This document shows, piece after piece, positions 21,567 to 32,598 of a stretch of DNA of 64,000 nucleotides; position 1 is the stretch's first letter; every line of letters begins with the position of its first letter. The notes beneath the pieces were generated by a model. The model was given only the letters and a program-made list of their open reading frames with translations, was not told where the DNA came from and made no database searches. The stretch is from an uncultured Gemmatimonadaceae bacterium (GTDB taxonomy: Bacteria; Gemmatimonadota; Gemmatimonadetes; Gemmatimonadales; Gemmatimonadaceae), in the NCBI GenBank assembly GCA_963829055.1, contig CAWHHI010000004.1:32001-96000 (forward strand), read 5' to 3'. Both the position numbers and the translations under genes were made by a program.

Positions 21567-22964
21567 TTAGGCGGCGCGGTCTGCGCAGCCCTTGAACTCC
21601 GGGTTGTTCTGTTCGTCCACGTGAACCGGGAAGTTCACGTCCGTGCCGTAGTTCCCGCCCTTGAAGAACGTTCCGGTCGGGAAAACGTTGTCCTGCGTCC
21701 GTCCGTACTGACGGACCAGGCGGCGCAGGTCGCCCAATCGCTGGCCGCGGCTGTACGTCCAGAATGCCTTCTCGCGGAAGAACTGATCGAGTGCCGCCGC
21801 CTTGGTGGCCGGCGCCGTGAGAGCAGGCGTGATGACCGGTGTCGTCACGACGCCGAGGTTCTGCGGTGCTGCGCGAAGCGCGTTGAGGATCGCCGTCATC
21901 CCCGCGAAATCGTTCGCCGCGATCTTCGCTTCGGCCTCGATCAGGCGAGCATCGATGCCGTTGACGACCGGCGTCGGGTCGGTACGGCCCCACAACTGCT
22001 GACTGATGAAGTTCGTCGAGCCGTCAAAGCTCTTGCCAGCCGCGGACGTGCCGGTGGGTGAGCCCGTGTTAGGCAGCCGTGGATCCTTCGACGATGCGAA
22101 CGGAATCGCATTCTTGATGATGCCTGAGGTGTCGAAGCTGTCACCGACCACCCAGCGCTTGGCACTCGTGCTGAGCGCCCAGATCTGGTTGTTGCCGCCG
22201 GTGAGTGAGAAGGTGGCATTGAGCCTGAAGCTCGTCGGCACGGCCGCGACGGCCGTCGCCGCGTCCGCATACCGCGCCAGGTCCACGAGCACGCGGCCCT
22301 TCGCGATGAGGACGGAGTTCCTCACGGTGACCGTCGCCGTATCCGTCGCGGTGGTGAACGTGAGGGCCGAATCCAGGTGGGCGAGGGCCAGCGTGTAGAT
22401 CGCCGTGTTCGTCATCGGCGGTCCGTACTCGGGCATGCCAGTAGACGCGTCGCCTAACGTCTGGCCGTTGCAGAACCACTCGGCCAACTGCATCTCGGCG
22501 AACGCCATCACGAAATACATCTGGCCCAGGTTCGACGCCGGCGTCGGCTTGTACTGGTTCAGCAGGTCCAGCGCCTCACGCGCCGCGGTGCGCGCACGGT
22601 GGACGTCACGATACACCGCGTTCAGGTTCGCATTGTTCTCCTGGACAGTGCGTTGATCGGTCTCGTTGCGCTGCGAGAACGTGTCGCCGGACTTCCATTC
22701 GTCGGTGAGCAGTCCGGTGAACATCCACGGGCTGTCACCGGCGCCGGCGCCGGCGGTCATGTTCCGTAACCGCGCGATCGCGCCAATGCGCAGTGCGTCG
22801 GCGGCTTCGGGCGTATTCAGTGCGCTGGGCGGGATGATATCCGGGTCCTCAGCGGCGAGCAGGTCATCTTTCACGTTGCCGCAACCGAGCGTCAGCAGGG
22901 CCGAGCCTACGGCCGCCGTAGCCAACACCCGGCGTACGCTGATCCTGAAAATTTGCGTAGTCAT
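21567..22964 (-). CDS. SusD/RagB-like outer-membrane lipoprotein
   Basis: Lipobox LTLGC, GLLTDEW, ARLIEAEA, LNALR, REKAFW...GQRLGDLRRLVRQY, EQNNP. Confidence 0.88.
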   Translation of the reverse strand: MTTQIFRISVRRVLATAAVGSALLTLGCGNVKDDLLAAEDPDIIPPSALNTPEAADALRIGAIARLRNMTAGAGAGDSPWMFTGLLTDEWKSGDTFSQRNETDQRTVQENNANLNAVYRDVHRARTAAREALDLLNQYKPTPASNLGQMYFVMAFAEMQLAEWFCNGQTLGDASTGMPEYGPPMTNTAIYTLALAHLDSALTFTTATDTATVTVRNSVLIAKGRVLVDLARYADAATAVAAVPTSFRLNATFSLTGGNNQIWALSTSAKRWVVGDSFDTSGIIKNAIPFASSKDPRLPNTGSPTGTSAAGKSFDGSTNFISQQLWGRTDPTPVVNGIDARLIEAEAKIAANDFAGMTAILNALRAAPQNLGVVTTPVITPALTAPATKAAALDQFFREKAFWTYSRGQRLGDLRRLVRQYGRTQDNVFPTGTFFKGGNYGTDVNFPVHVDEQNNPEFKGCADRAA

Positions 22965-22982
22965 GTGGGTTCCTGGCGACGG

Positions 22983-25900
22983 TTAGAAGCTGAGATTGAG
23001 ACGGGCGGTGTAGTAGCGCGGCGGGCCAGCGGTGAGCAGCGTCTGCTGCGTGTCACCCTGTCCGTAGTTCTGTTCCGGATCGACACCGGTCCAATCCGAG
23101 AACAACGCGACGTTGCGCACGCCGAACGTGAAGCTGCCGCCGGTTGCGCGGATGTACTTCTTCGTGAACGACGGGCTGAAGTTGTACGTGCCCGTGACTT
23201 CGCGGATGCGCGTGAACTTGTTGTCCTCAATGTACCCCGTCTGCGTCGTCGCCGGGACGAATCGGTTGGCGACGGCACGCGCCTGACGCCACAGCGGCAC
23301 GTCGGTGCTCGAGATGTCCTTGCAGGACACCGCCTGCTGACACAGGAACTGCTGCTCCGAGTTCAATACATGGAAGCCGCTCTTGTGATCGATGAGCGCT
23401 TGCAGACGGAGGCGGTGGTTGAACAGCTCGACGCCGTTCGTGATCGAGAGCTCGAGGCGCGGCTGCGAGTAACCGATCCAGACTGCCGTATCGCCCACGG
23501 TGACTTCGTTCGGCGTGATGATGCCGTCGCTGTTCGCGTCGGCGTACTTGTAGGGCTTCTGCCAGTAGCTCTGCAACGGATAGCCCGCGCGCTGCTGGAT
23601 CGTCGTGCCAATGATCGGCGGGATTTCCTTGCCCGCCGCATCCTTGCCTAACGTGATCAGCTTGTTGGTGTTGTGCGAGCCGCTGAACGTCAGGTCCCAC
23701 GAGACCGCGCTGCGATTCAGGATCAGGGTGTTGACGAGTGCCTCGAAACCGTAGTTCTTCACGGATCCGAGGTTCGACTTGACCGAGGTGTTCGCGGTGC
23801 CCGCCGACGGCGCGAGCGTCTGATCGATCAACGCGTCCTTGGATATCTTGTTGTAGTACGTCGCCTCGAGGTTCACGCGGCTGTTGAAGATGCGGGCATC
23901 GAAGCCCGTCTCGAACTCCGCCGACCGTTCCGGCTTCAGATCCTTGTTGCCAAGCAGGTTCGAGCGGAGGCCGCTGACGTCCGTGCTGGCGATGTTCGTG
24001 ATCGTCGTCGCATACGTGCGCGCCGCATCGTTAGGTCCCGGCTGCACGCCCGACGCGCCGTACGACATGCGCGGCCGGAAGTAGTTGAGCCAGTCGGTCT
24101 GCGGGAAAAACGACTCTTCCGACATCACCCACGACAGCGCCGCCTTGGGGTAGTACACGCGCTGGAAGTCCGTTCCGAACGCGCTGTTCTGGTCGGTCCG
24201 GATGGCGCCGGTGACCGTCAGACGGTCACGGAACGTGATCTGCTCCTCGGCAAAGAGCCCGAGCGTCTTCTGGATCGTCGTGGCAGACCGGGCGACGGGG
24301 ATCGTGCCGTCCGCTGGAGTCTGAGCGCCTGGCGGCAGGATGCTGCCCTCGGCGTCCGCGCGATCGTCCTGGAACGACGAGTACTGCGTGCCGATCGTCG
24401 AACGAAGGACGGCGTTGTTGAGCGGCGACCAGAGCGCCGAGGCGGTCAGGTTGCCGGTGAGGCTACGGAGGTTCGTGCGGGCGTCACGGGCAAGGCCCTG
24501 GCGCTGCGTCCCGAAGTCCGGGCACTGCTGGAGCCGGCAGAGACGGAAGTCCTGGCGGTCTGCCAGGTCGACACCGAAGTCACCGCGCGTGTCCAGCCAG
24601 CTCAGCGGTCGCCAGTTCGACGTTCGTGCTCCCGATGAAGCGCTGAACGTTCTGGTTCGTGTACTCCTGGAAGATGTCGCCGGGCGTAAACAGCGCGTAG
24701 CCGTACAGGGGCTGACCGCGCGAGCCTATGCCGGTGTATCCCGGACCCGCTCCCTTGAACCCGGGGCCGGTCTCGGCGTTGTACCAGAAGCTGTTGACGT
24801 TGTTGTCGACCTGTGGCAGCCGCTGATCGAGCTTGATGTAGCCAGTAGATACCGTGAGGTCGAGCTTCGAGTTGATCTGGGCCCGGAGATTGTTCCGGAA
24901 CGATGCCTGGCGAAGCGCGTTAGGCCGGTTCCACTTGTCGTCGACGGCAACGCCGAGTGAATCGAAGCGGCGCTGGTCGTACGCCGGCATGCCGAACGGA
25001 CCGGTCTCGTTCTGAAGCGTCCCGCTCACGAAATACGTCAGGATCTCGCTGCCGCCCGACACCTGCGCGCCGAACTGCTGGCGGTTCCCCTGCTTGATCA
25101 TCGTGAGGTCTTCATCGGCGAACAGATTGTTGATCGACGTGCTGTCCTTGACGCACGCGCCCGTCGAGAGCTCGTACAGGAAGCAGCGGCGAACCGTGGT
25201 CGGCGTCGCCGGCGCATGGCCGAGGATCGCGTACTGCGCCGGATAGTCGTTGAGATCGTGGATCTGGCCGGCCTCGGCGAACGTGCTCCAGCGGGCCGCG
25301 CCTGCGCGTCCGCGCTTGGTCGTGATCACGACGACGCCGTTCGCCGCGTCGGTGCCGTACAGCGTCGCCGCCGACGGGCCCTTCACGATCTCGATGTTCT
25401 CGATCTCCTCCGGGGTGATGTCGTTGACGCGGCTCGGGGTCGTACCGCCGACGCCAATCGCGAGGGAGTTCGTGCCGCCCTGGCTCGTGAGCCGGATGCC
25501 GTCGATGACGTAGATCGGGTCGTTGCTCAACGAGAGCGAGCTGGTACCGCGAACACGCACGCGGCTGCCGCCGCCCGTCATGTTCGAGGGCAGCACCTGG
25601 ACGCCAGGCGCGCGCGCGACGAGCAGGTCACCCATGTTCTTGATGGGCGAGCGCTCCACGACCTTGCCGACGTCGATCGTCGCGACCGTGTTGCCCAGCT
25701 CACTGCGGCGCTGTTCGCCGGTGGCCGTCGTCACGACTTCCTGCAGGACGACGAGCGTGCGATCGAGCTGGATGTCCAGTGTCGCCGCCTGTCCAGCGGT
25801 GACGGTGACCGGACGCTTCTGCTCCACGTAGCCGACGCGCAGTACGCGCACGTCGACGTTACCCGGAGGAACGTTGCGGATCGTGTAGCGCCCTCCGCGT

Positions 25901-26102
25901 TCGTCACCGCGAAGAGCGAGGTACCCAGCAGGACAACACGCGTGTCCGGCAACGGCTCCGATGTGTCGCGAGCCGACACCTTTCCCGTGATGCTCGCCCC
26001 GACCGTTGGCTGTTGCGCGAGACCGGAGGTGGACAACCCTCCAATCAGGAGCGCGACCAAAAGTCCGGGGGACCTGCGAACTGCTCGAACGTCGAGTCTC
26101 AT
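22983..26102 (-). CDS. SusC/RagA-family TonB-dependent receptor, at least two frameshifts (near 25890 and 24620)
   Basis: N-terminal carboxypeptidase-like domain, LQEVVTTATG, RVRGTSSLSLSNDP, EIENIEIVKGPSAATLYGTDAANGVVVITTKRG, LKPERSAEFETG, C-terminal Phe. Confidence 0.92.
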
Positions 26103-26466
26103 TGTGACCTCCCTCTTTTCTGGGGAACGTCGACTACGGCGGCCATCCGGACGCACGGAGAAGTCGCGCAGCAAAGTGGCCGAGTGCTGCGCGACCCGGA
26201 CATCGTACCTCGTTCCACGTCAACGTCAAGACGGTTCGTGCTGAAAGACACACGGTTCGTCACGCGTTGATCGGTTGGTCACACCCTACGCGCAGGACCC
26301 GGATACGTCGAGCCATGCGCGGCGAGCGGCCGACTTCGTGCGGTGAAGACGCCCACGCCTGCCCACTCGCAAACTGGTCGTTGCTCCCGCCCTCGCGCAG
26401 CGGTGTGTCAGGCTGCATCGTATCCCCATTGCCCGCCGTGTTTTCGGACCCGGAGATTGCCGACTG

Positions 26467-27627
26467 ATGCTCCTGACCACCCGCCGCAGCCAGGTGGCTG
26501 CCAGCCTCACGCTCATCGCCATGTTCGGCGGTGTCTCGCTCTCGCTCGGCTCACGGGCCGTCACTCCGTCGATCCCCGAACGCATTAGCGACGACACATT
26601 CTGGCGCATGGTGTCGGACTTCTCGGAGCCCGGCGGATTCTTCCGCTCGGACAACTTCGTGTCCAACGAGATCACGTTCCAATGGGTGCTGCCGGAGATC
26701 GCCAAGACCACGAAGACCGGCGGCGTGTACATGGGCGTGGGACCGGATCAGAACTTCACGTACATCGTGGCGATGCAGCCGAAGATCGCGTTCATCGTCG
26801 ACATCCGACGGCAGAACATGCTGCATCACCTGCTCTACAAGGCGCTGCTCGAGATGTCGCCGGACCGGGCGGAGTTCCTCTCACGCCTCTTCTCGCGGCC
26901 GAGACCCGCTGGCCTTGAAGCCGACGCTGGCGCGCCGGCGCTGTTCCAGGCGTACGCGAATGCGCCCGCCGACAGCGCGCTGTTCGCCCGCAACCTCGCG
27001 TCCGTGAAGGAGCAGCTCGTCACGAAACACAAGTTCGCGCTCACGAGCGATGACCTGCGGACGATCGAATACGTGTACACGGCCTTCTTCGCCGCCGGCC
27101 CGGACCTGACGTATTCGTTCACGATGCCCGGTCGCGGGTCGAGCATGATGTTCTATGGTCGCCGCATGCCGACGTACGCCGAGCTGATGATGGAGAACGA
27201 TGGCACGGGGACGCAGCGCAGCTATCTCGCGAACGAGGCGAACTACCGCGTGCTGCGCGACCTCGAGAAGAACAATCTGATCGTGCCGCTCGTCGGTGAT
27301 TTCGCCGGCGACAAGGCGCTTCGCTCGGTGGGACAGTACGTGAAGCAGCACGGCGCGACGGTCACGGCTTTCTATACGTCGAACGTCGAGCAGTACCTCT
27401 TCCAGAGCGACGACTGGCGGAAGTTCTTCACGAACGTCGGGACGCTACCGCTCGATTCGTCGAGCACATTCATTCGCGCGGTGTTCAACTTCAACACGGT
27501 GCCCAGCCAGAGTGGGACTCCGGGCCCGCGTTCGCGGACGATGCTCGCGCCCATCGCCGAGCAGGTCGCGGCGTTCGCGAATGGCGACTTGAAGAGCTAC
27601 TGGGACGTCATCCAGACGTCGCGATGA
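26467..27627 (+). CDS. Conserved-looking secreted hypothetical protein
   Basis: 386-aa intact ORF with signal peptide; SEPGGFFRSDNFVSNE, GVYMGVGPDQNFTYI, FYTSNVEQYL. Confidence 0.8.
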   Translation: MLLTTRRSQVAASLTLIAMFGGVSLSLGSRAVTPSIPERISDDTFWRMVSDFSEPGGFFRSDNFVSNEITFQWVLPEIAKTTKTGGVYMGVGPDQNFTYIVAMQPKIAFIVDIRRQNMLHHLLYKALLEMSPDRAEFLSRLFSRPRPAGLEADAGAPALFQAYANAPADSALFARNLASVKEQLVTKHKFALTSDDLRTIEYVYTAFFAAGPDLTYSFTMPGRGSSMMFYGRRMPTYAELMMENDGTGTQRSYLANEANYRVLRDLEKNNLIVPLVGDFAGDKALRSVGQYVKQHGATVTAFYTSNVEQYLFQSDDWRKFFTNVGTLPLDSSSTFIRAVFNFNTVPSQSGTPGPRSRTMLAPIAEQVAAFANGDLKSYWDVIQTSR

Positions 27628-27669
27628 CGCCGATCTGCTGGGCCTCGAGGGGGCTAGACCTACCGAGCA

Positions 27670-27728
27670 GTATCCTGCTTCTTCCGTTTCATCCGCGCCA
27701 TCGTTGTTCCCACCGGCCCCGGCGCGAT
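27670..27728 (-). repeat. Single degenerate family C unit
   Basis: GTATCCTG..CTTCCGTTTCATCCGC..ATCGTTGTTCCCACCGGCCCCGGCGCGA matches the inverted units at 1829 and 6345. Confidence 0.7.
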
Positions 27729-27743
27729 GACGCCTGACGCACG

Positions 27744-29087
27744 ATGATCGATCCCCTGCGCGGCCTCCATCGCTCCATCGGGCTCACCCGCGCGACGGCG
27801 ATGGTCATCGGGACGATCATCGGCGCGTCGATCTTCGTGCAGCCATCGCTCGTCTCCGGGGCGGTGCCATCGATCACCGGCATGCTGCTGGTGTGGGCCG
27901 TCGCGGGGATCCTCACGCTCATCGGCGCGCTCGTCACCGCGGAGCTGGCGTCGGCGTTTCCGGGCACGGGCGGTGTCTACGTCTTCCTCCGCGAGAGCTA
28001 CTCGCCCGCCGTCGCATTCCTGTGGTGCTGGGCGATGTTCTGGAGCATGCACACCGGCATCATTGCCGCCATCGCCATGGTGTGCGCGCGCTACATCGGC
28101 TTCTTCATCCCGCTCGACGACACCGGCCTCCGCGTCGTCGCCATCATCGCCATCCTGCTCTTCTCGGCCATCAACTACGTCGGCGTTAGGCATGGGACGG
28201 CGGTGCAGACCGCGTTCACCGCCGTGAAGATCGCCGCTGTCGTGCTCATCGCGTTCGCGGGCCTCGTGGTCGCCGGCGCGGTGCCCCCGCCGAGCACGGC
28301 GAGCGCGCCCACGATCATCCCATCGCTCCGCTCGTTCGTGAGCGCGACGGTCGCTGGCTTGTTCGCGTTCGGCGGCTGGCACATGGTCACGTACACCGGC
28401 GACGAGACGGTCGACGCGCGACGCACCATCCCGCGCGCGCTGGTCATCGGCACCCTCGCCGTGACCGCGTCGTACATCGCGGTGAACGCCGCCTACCTCG
28501 CCGTGCTCTCACCGGCTGCGGTCGCAGCCTCGAACCGCGTCGCCGCCGACTTCGCCGACCGCGTGCTCGGCACTGGTGGCGCCGCGGCGATGTCCGCGCT
28601 CGTCATCCTGTCCACGCTCGGCGCCATGACGGGCATCATCCTCACCGGGCCGCGCGTGTACCTCGCGGCGGCAAACGATGGGCTGCTCACGGAGTGGATC
28701 GGCGCCGTGCATCCGCGGTTCGGAACGCCGCACCACGCGATCATGCTCCAGGCGGTGTGGGCGTCGGTGCTCGTCGCGACCGGCACCTACCGCGCGCTGT
28801 TCACTCGGGTCGTGTATACGGAATGGATCTTCTTTGGACTCATGGCGGCCGGGATCTTCGTGCTTCGCCGAAGGGCGGGCTACGCTCCCGCCTACCGCGC
28901 GTGGGGATACCCGATCCTGCCGCTGCTATTCATAGGTGCGACCGCCGTCATCGTCGTGAATCAACTCGCCGCTGATCCGATCGAGAGCGCGACGGGACTG
29001 CTCATCGTTCTCGCCGGTCTACCCGTCTACTATTTGCGAACAGCTCGCCGCGTCTCCCCTCGAACCGTGACCAATGCCGATCGTTGA
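27744..29087 (+). CDS. APC-superfamily amino acid permease (LAT/SteT-like)
   Basis: GTIIGASIF, AELASAFPGTGGVY, FAFGGW, PRVY, HPRFGTP, about 12 TM segments. Confidence 0.92.
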   Translation: MIDPLRGLHRSIGLTRATAMVIGTIIGASIFVQPSLVSGAVPSITGMLLVWAVAGILTLIGALVTAELASAFPGTGGVYVFLRESYSPAVAFLWCWAMFWSMHTGIIAAIAMVCARYIGFFIPLDDTGLRVVAIIAILLFSAINYVGVRHGTAVQTAFTAVKIAAVVLIAFAGLVVAGAVPPPSTASAPTIIPSLRSFVSATVAGLFAFGGWHMVTYTGDETVDARRTIPRALVIGTLAVTASYIAVNAAYLAVLSPAAVAASNRVAADFADRVLGTGGAAAMSALVILSTLGAMTGIILTGPRVYLAAANDGLLTEWIGAVHPRFGTPHHAIMLQAVWASVLVATGTYRALFTRVVYTEWIFFGLMAAGIFVLRRRAGYAPAYRAWGYPILPLLFIGATAVIVVNQLAADPIESATGLLIVLAGLPVYYLRTARRVSPRTVTNADR

Positions 29088-30063
29088 CGTTCACAACCAC
29101 TTCTATCCGCCCGAATATCTCGCGGCGCTGCGCTCCGGCAATAGCGTCGTCCGGGTGACGGTCGACTCGTCAGGCAATCCACACATTCACTATCCCGGCG
29201 ACTACAACGTCGCCGTTGCCGGCCATCGGGACATTGCGTATCGCCACAAGGTGCTGGAGTCGGAAGGCGTGGACACGCAGGTGATCACGCTGACCACGCC
29301 GGGCACGCACGTCGAGTCACCGGCCTACGCCGCGACGCTCGCGACGCTCGTGAACGACGCATTCGCGGCCATCATCGCCGAGCGTGGGCCGCGCTTCTCG
29401 GCGCTCGCGACGCTGCCGCTGAACGACCCCGCGGCCTCGGTGAAGGAGTTCCGTCGCGCGATCGAGGAGCTGCACCTGCCCGGCGCCATGCTGTTCAGCA
29501 ATGTGAACGGCGTCGCTCTGGCGGATGAGCGCTTCTGGCCCCTCTACGAAGCAGCCGACGCGTACGGGGCGGTGTTGCACATCCATCCCACGAGCCCCGT
29601 TGGTGTGGAAGCGATGACCGAGTACTGGTTGATGCCGCTCGTCGGATTCCTGATGGACACGACGCTCGCGGCGGCGCACCTCGTGTTCAGCGGCGTCGGC
29701 GAGCGCTTCCCGAACATCAAGTGGGTGCTCTCGCACCTCGGCGGCGCGGTCCCGTACATGGCGGAGCGCTTCGATCGCGGCTTCCACGCGTTCGAGGACT
29801 GTCGTCGCAACATCGACCGTCCGCCGAGCGATTACCTCAAGCGCTGGTACTACGACACGGTGAACTTCGACCCGCAAGCGCTGAAGCTGGCGATCGCGTT
29901 CGCGGGCGCCGATCACATTCTCGCGGGCAGCGACTACCCGCATCAGATCGGGAGCATCCCGGCCATGCTCGCGGCTCTTCGAGGGCTCGACATCTCCGAG
30001 GCAGACAAGGCGGCGATCCTCGGCGGTAATGCCACCCGCGTCTACAACTTCGCGCGTGCCTGA
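29074..30063 (+). CDS. Amidohydrolase-2 family protein (ACMSD-like decarboxylase/hydratase)
   Basis: IVDVHNH, LHIHP, SHLGG, YYDT, GSDYPH; overlaps the permease stop. Confidence 0.9.
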   Translation: MPIVDVHNHFYPPEYLAALRSGNSVVRVTVDSSGNPHIHYPGDYNVAVAGHRDIAYRHKVLESEGVDTQVITLTTPGTHVESPAYAATLATLVNDAFAAIIAERGPRFSALATLPLNDPAASVKEFRRAIEELHLPGAMLFSNVNGVALADERFWPLYEAADAYGAVLHIHPTSPVGVEAMTEYWLMPLVGFLMDTTLAAAHLVFSGVGERFPNIKWVLSHLGGAVPYMAERFDRGFHAFEDCRRNIDRPPSDYLKRWYYDTVNFDPQALKLAIAFAGADHILAGSDYPHQIGSIPAMLAALRGLDISEADKAAILGGNATRVYNFARA

Positions 30064-30114
30064 CTTTTCGGGCCGACGTCGCGGACGGTCGTGCCTGTCA
30101 TGAGTACTCAGTTC

Positions 30115-30235
30115 GTGAGTCGTCGGTCATCAGTCATCGGTCGAGTCGTCAGTAGCACCGCAGCAATGGCGGCTCGTAGCTGTTCGCCAGGCGGGACTGA
30201 GAACCTGATGACCGGCGACTCACGACTGACGACGT
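30115..30235. repeat. Inverted repeat built from GAGTCGT/CAGTCAT-type heptamers between convergent genes
   Basis: GTGAGTCGTCGGTCATCAG pairs with CTGATGACCGGCGACTCAC (one mismatch). Confidence 0.6.
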
Positions 30236-30283
30236 GTTACTCGCGATGCCTACCGCGATGCCATTCGTTCTTGCTTCGTCTGC

Positions 30284-31189
30284 CTAACGCCTGAGCAGCC
30301 TGACGATCCGATCGGCAAGCAGCTGACCGGCGCGCCCGTCCGGGTCCCGGTCGGGGTCGTAGATCGTGACTTGCATTCCGACTACGTGTCCCGAGTCGAG
30401 GATGGGCCGCAGCAGCGCGTCCAGCTCGTCGTAGGCGAGCCCGTCCGCCTGACGCGAATCGACGGCTGGCATTACTGCGTCGTCGAGGACGTCCACGTCG
30501 AGGTGAATCCACGCGCCGTTCACGCCGGAGCGAGCAAGATTCCGCGCGACGGTTTCCCCACCAGCTCGCATGCCCGTGTGGCGCAGGGCTTCCAGGGAGC
30601 GTACGTGCATGGCGTCGCGCGCCTGCCGCACGTCATCGCCGGTGTAGTACTTCGGGTCGTCTCGCACGCCGAGCATCGCCACGTCGGCGGGGTGGACGAG
30701 CGGCGCGGGGCCGCCTAACGCCGTCAGCAGCGGCGGTCCGATGCCGACCGCGAGCGCGAGGTCCATCCCCGCCGCGCCGCCGGTGCGCGACACCTCGGGC
30801 GTCTGCAGGTCGTGATGGCCATCGAGAAAGACCAGACCGTACCGCCCGCGGCGCTGCAGCGCGAGCATGCTGCCGAGCAGGATCGAGCAGTCGCCGCCGA
30901 TCACGAGAGGGAAGCGGTGCGCGTCGAGTTGCGCTCCGATCGCGTGCGCGAGCGCCATGCTGTAGTCGGCGATCTCCCGCGCATTCCGGATGCCGGTGGC
31001 ATGATCACGCTCGGGGCTGTAACCCGGTGGGACCACCTCGCCGCCGTCCAGCGCGGCGAGTCGTGGCTGGAGACCGAGCTGCCGGAGGGTCCCGGCCATC
31101 CGTCGTACACCGGGCTCCTTGTTCGACGCCGGCGGCGCGAGCCCGAGATTGCTCGGCGCGTCGATCAGTGCGATCGGCGGACCCGTCAC
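30284..31189 (-). CDS. Arginase-family (ureohydrolase) protein
   Basis: APSNLGL, GGDCSI, DGHHD, HLDVDVLD, YDPDRD. Confidence 0.9.
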   Translation of the reverse strand: MTGPPIALIDAPSNLGLAPPASNKEPGVRRMAGTLRQLGLQPRLAALDGGEVVPPGYSPERDHATGIRNAREIADYSMALAHAIGAQLDAHRFPLVIGGDCSILLGSMLALQRRGRYGLVFLDGHHDLQTPEVSRTGGAAGMDLALAVGIGPPLLTALGGPAPLVHPADVAMLGVRDDPKYYTGDDVRQARDAMHVRSLEALRHTGMRAGGETVARNLARSGVNGAWIHLDVDVLDDAVMPAVDSRQADGLAYDELDALLRPILDSGHVVGMQVTIYDPDRDPDGRAGQLLADRIVRLLRR

Positions 31190-31223
31190 CGCCGGTCGGT
31201 CTCGATCGTCGGCACGTTAGGCA

Positions 31224-32363
31224 TCAGAGACGCTCGACGAGGCGGTCGATGAGGTAGCTCGACTGCTCCAGCGCTTCGTGCGTGAACGGGCCGAAGAAGT
31301 CGCGCACTTCATCGAACAGATGCCGGAAACGGTCGCGGTCCCCGCTCCCGAGAATCTCGGCGACCTCCGCTGCCGCTTTTTCGAACGCCGACGTGACGTG
31401 CGCCGTCGCCGGGTTCCGCATCTCGATGGGCCCGTAGAGGTCCGGCGACTGCGCGAAATGCCGCGCCGTCACGTACAGCTCCATGAGGTACGCCGGTGAC
31501 GTGAAGCGTAGCGTCTCATCCAGCGGCGTGCCGATGCGCGCCAGCGTGAGGCCCAGCACCTGCGTCTGGAAGTGCGTGAGGACCTGAACGACCGCCATCA
31601 CGCGATCGTGGTGCGACGGTGTCGTCTCCTGCACGCTGAGCCCGCGCGCTTCGAACATCCGCACGACCCAGTCGGCCCACTCGTCACCGCGGGCGCGACA
31701 CACCACGACGCGCTGTCCCTGCAGCGAGTGCACGTTAGGCCCGAACATCGGGTGCGTGCCGACGACGCTCGCGCGCGTGGCCTCGAGCATCGCCGCGACC
31801 GGCGCTTCCTTGATGCTCGTGACATCCAGCAGCACGGCGTCCTCCCGCAATCGCGGGCCAATGGCGCGGATCACCTGCTCGGTCGCGTCGATCGGCACGC
31901 TGACGACCACCGCATCGGCGACAGAGGCGGCGTCGCCCGCGCTGAGCGCGGTATCGATATCGGCGACGATCACCTGATGGCCGAGGTCGCCGAACAGGCG
32001 AACCATGAGCGCGCCCATACCGCCGCGTCCACCGATGACGGCGACGGTTCGCGTTTGCGTCTCGTACGGCAACTCCGCGCGCAGTGATGCCTGGTGATCG
32101 CGCCCCGCGCGCAGGAGCACCCGGAATACCGATTCCATCTCGCCGCTCGGCAACCCTAACGCTTCGGCGCGCTCGCAGCGGTCGGCGAGAAGCTCGCGTT
32201 CGCGGGCCGAGTCGCGGATGCGGAGGCCGTGTTGCCGCTTGTACGCCGCGATCTCGCCAACGATGGCCATGCGGCGCGCGACGATCTGCAGCAGGTCCCG
32301 GTCGAGCACATCGACCATGGCGCGAAGGACCGGGAGCGGTCGGGGGGTGGCGTCGTCAATCAT
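31224..32363 (-). CDS. tyrA: Bifunctional chorismate mutase / prephenate dehydrogenase
   Basis: N-terminal CM (LRAMVDVLDRDLLQIVARR..IRDSARE), VIGGRGGMG, DVTSIK, HPMFGP, HDRVMAVVQVLTHF. Confidence 0.9.
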   Translation of the reverse strand: MIDDATPRPLPVLRAMVDVLDRDLLQIVARRMAIVGEIAAYKRQHGLRIRDSARERELLADRCERAEALGLPSGEMESVFRVLLRAGRDHQASLRAELPYETQTRTVAVIGGRGGMGALMVRLFGDLGHQVIVADIDTALSAGDAASVADAVVVSVPIDATEQVIRAIGPRLREDAVLLDVTSIKEAPVAAMLEATRASVVGTHPMFGPNVHSLQGQRVVVCRARGDEWADWVVRMFEARGLSVQETTPSHHDRVMAVVQVLTHFQTQVLGLTLARIGTPLDETLRFTSPAYLMELYVTARHFAQSPDLYGPIEMRNPATAHVTSAFEKAAAEVAEILGSGDRDRFRHLFDEVRDFFGPFTHEALEQSSYLIDRLVERL

Positions 32364-32374
32364 GAGCGGAAATG

Positions 32375-32524
32375 TGTCATCCCGAGGAGCGCCAGAGCCT
32401 GCCCTGAGGAGTGCAGCGACGAAGGGAGGGACCTTCTGTGGGGTACTCGTGGCCGGACTAGCTACGATGACGTTAAGCAAGATCCCTCGCTGGCGCTCGG
32501 GATGACAACTGACGTCGGGATGAC
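32375..32524. repeat. REP-like nested palindrome, family B
   Basis: TGTCATCCCGAGGAGCG..GAGGGACCTT..GTACTCGTGGC..CTACGATGACG..AGATCCCTCGCTGGCGCTCGGGATGACA plus an extra TCGGGATGAC. Confidence 0.85.
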
Positions 32525-32598
32525 GCATCTATCGCTCGGCCATCCACTTGTCCTGCAGCACGACGTCGACGCGAGAGGTGGTCGAGCTACGATTCGAG

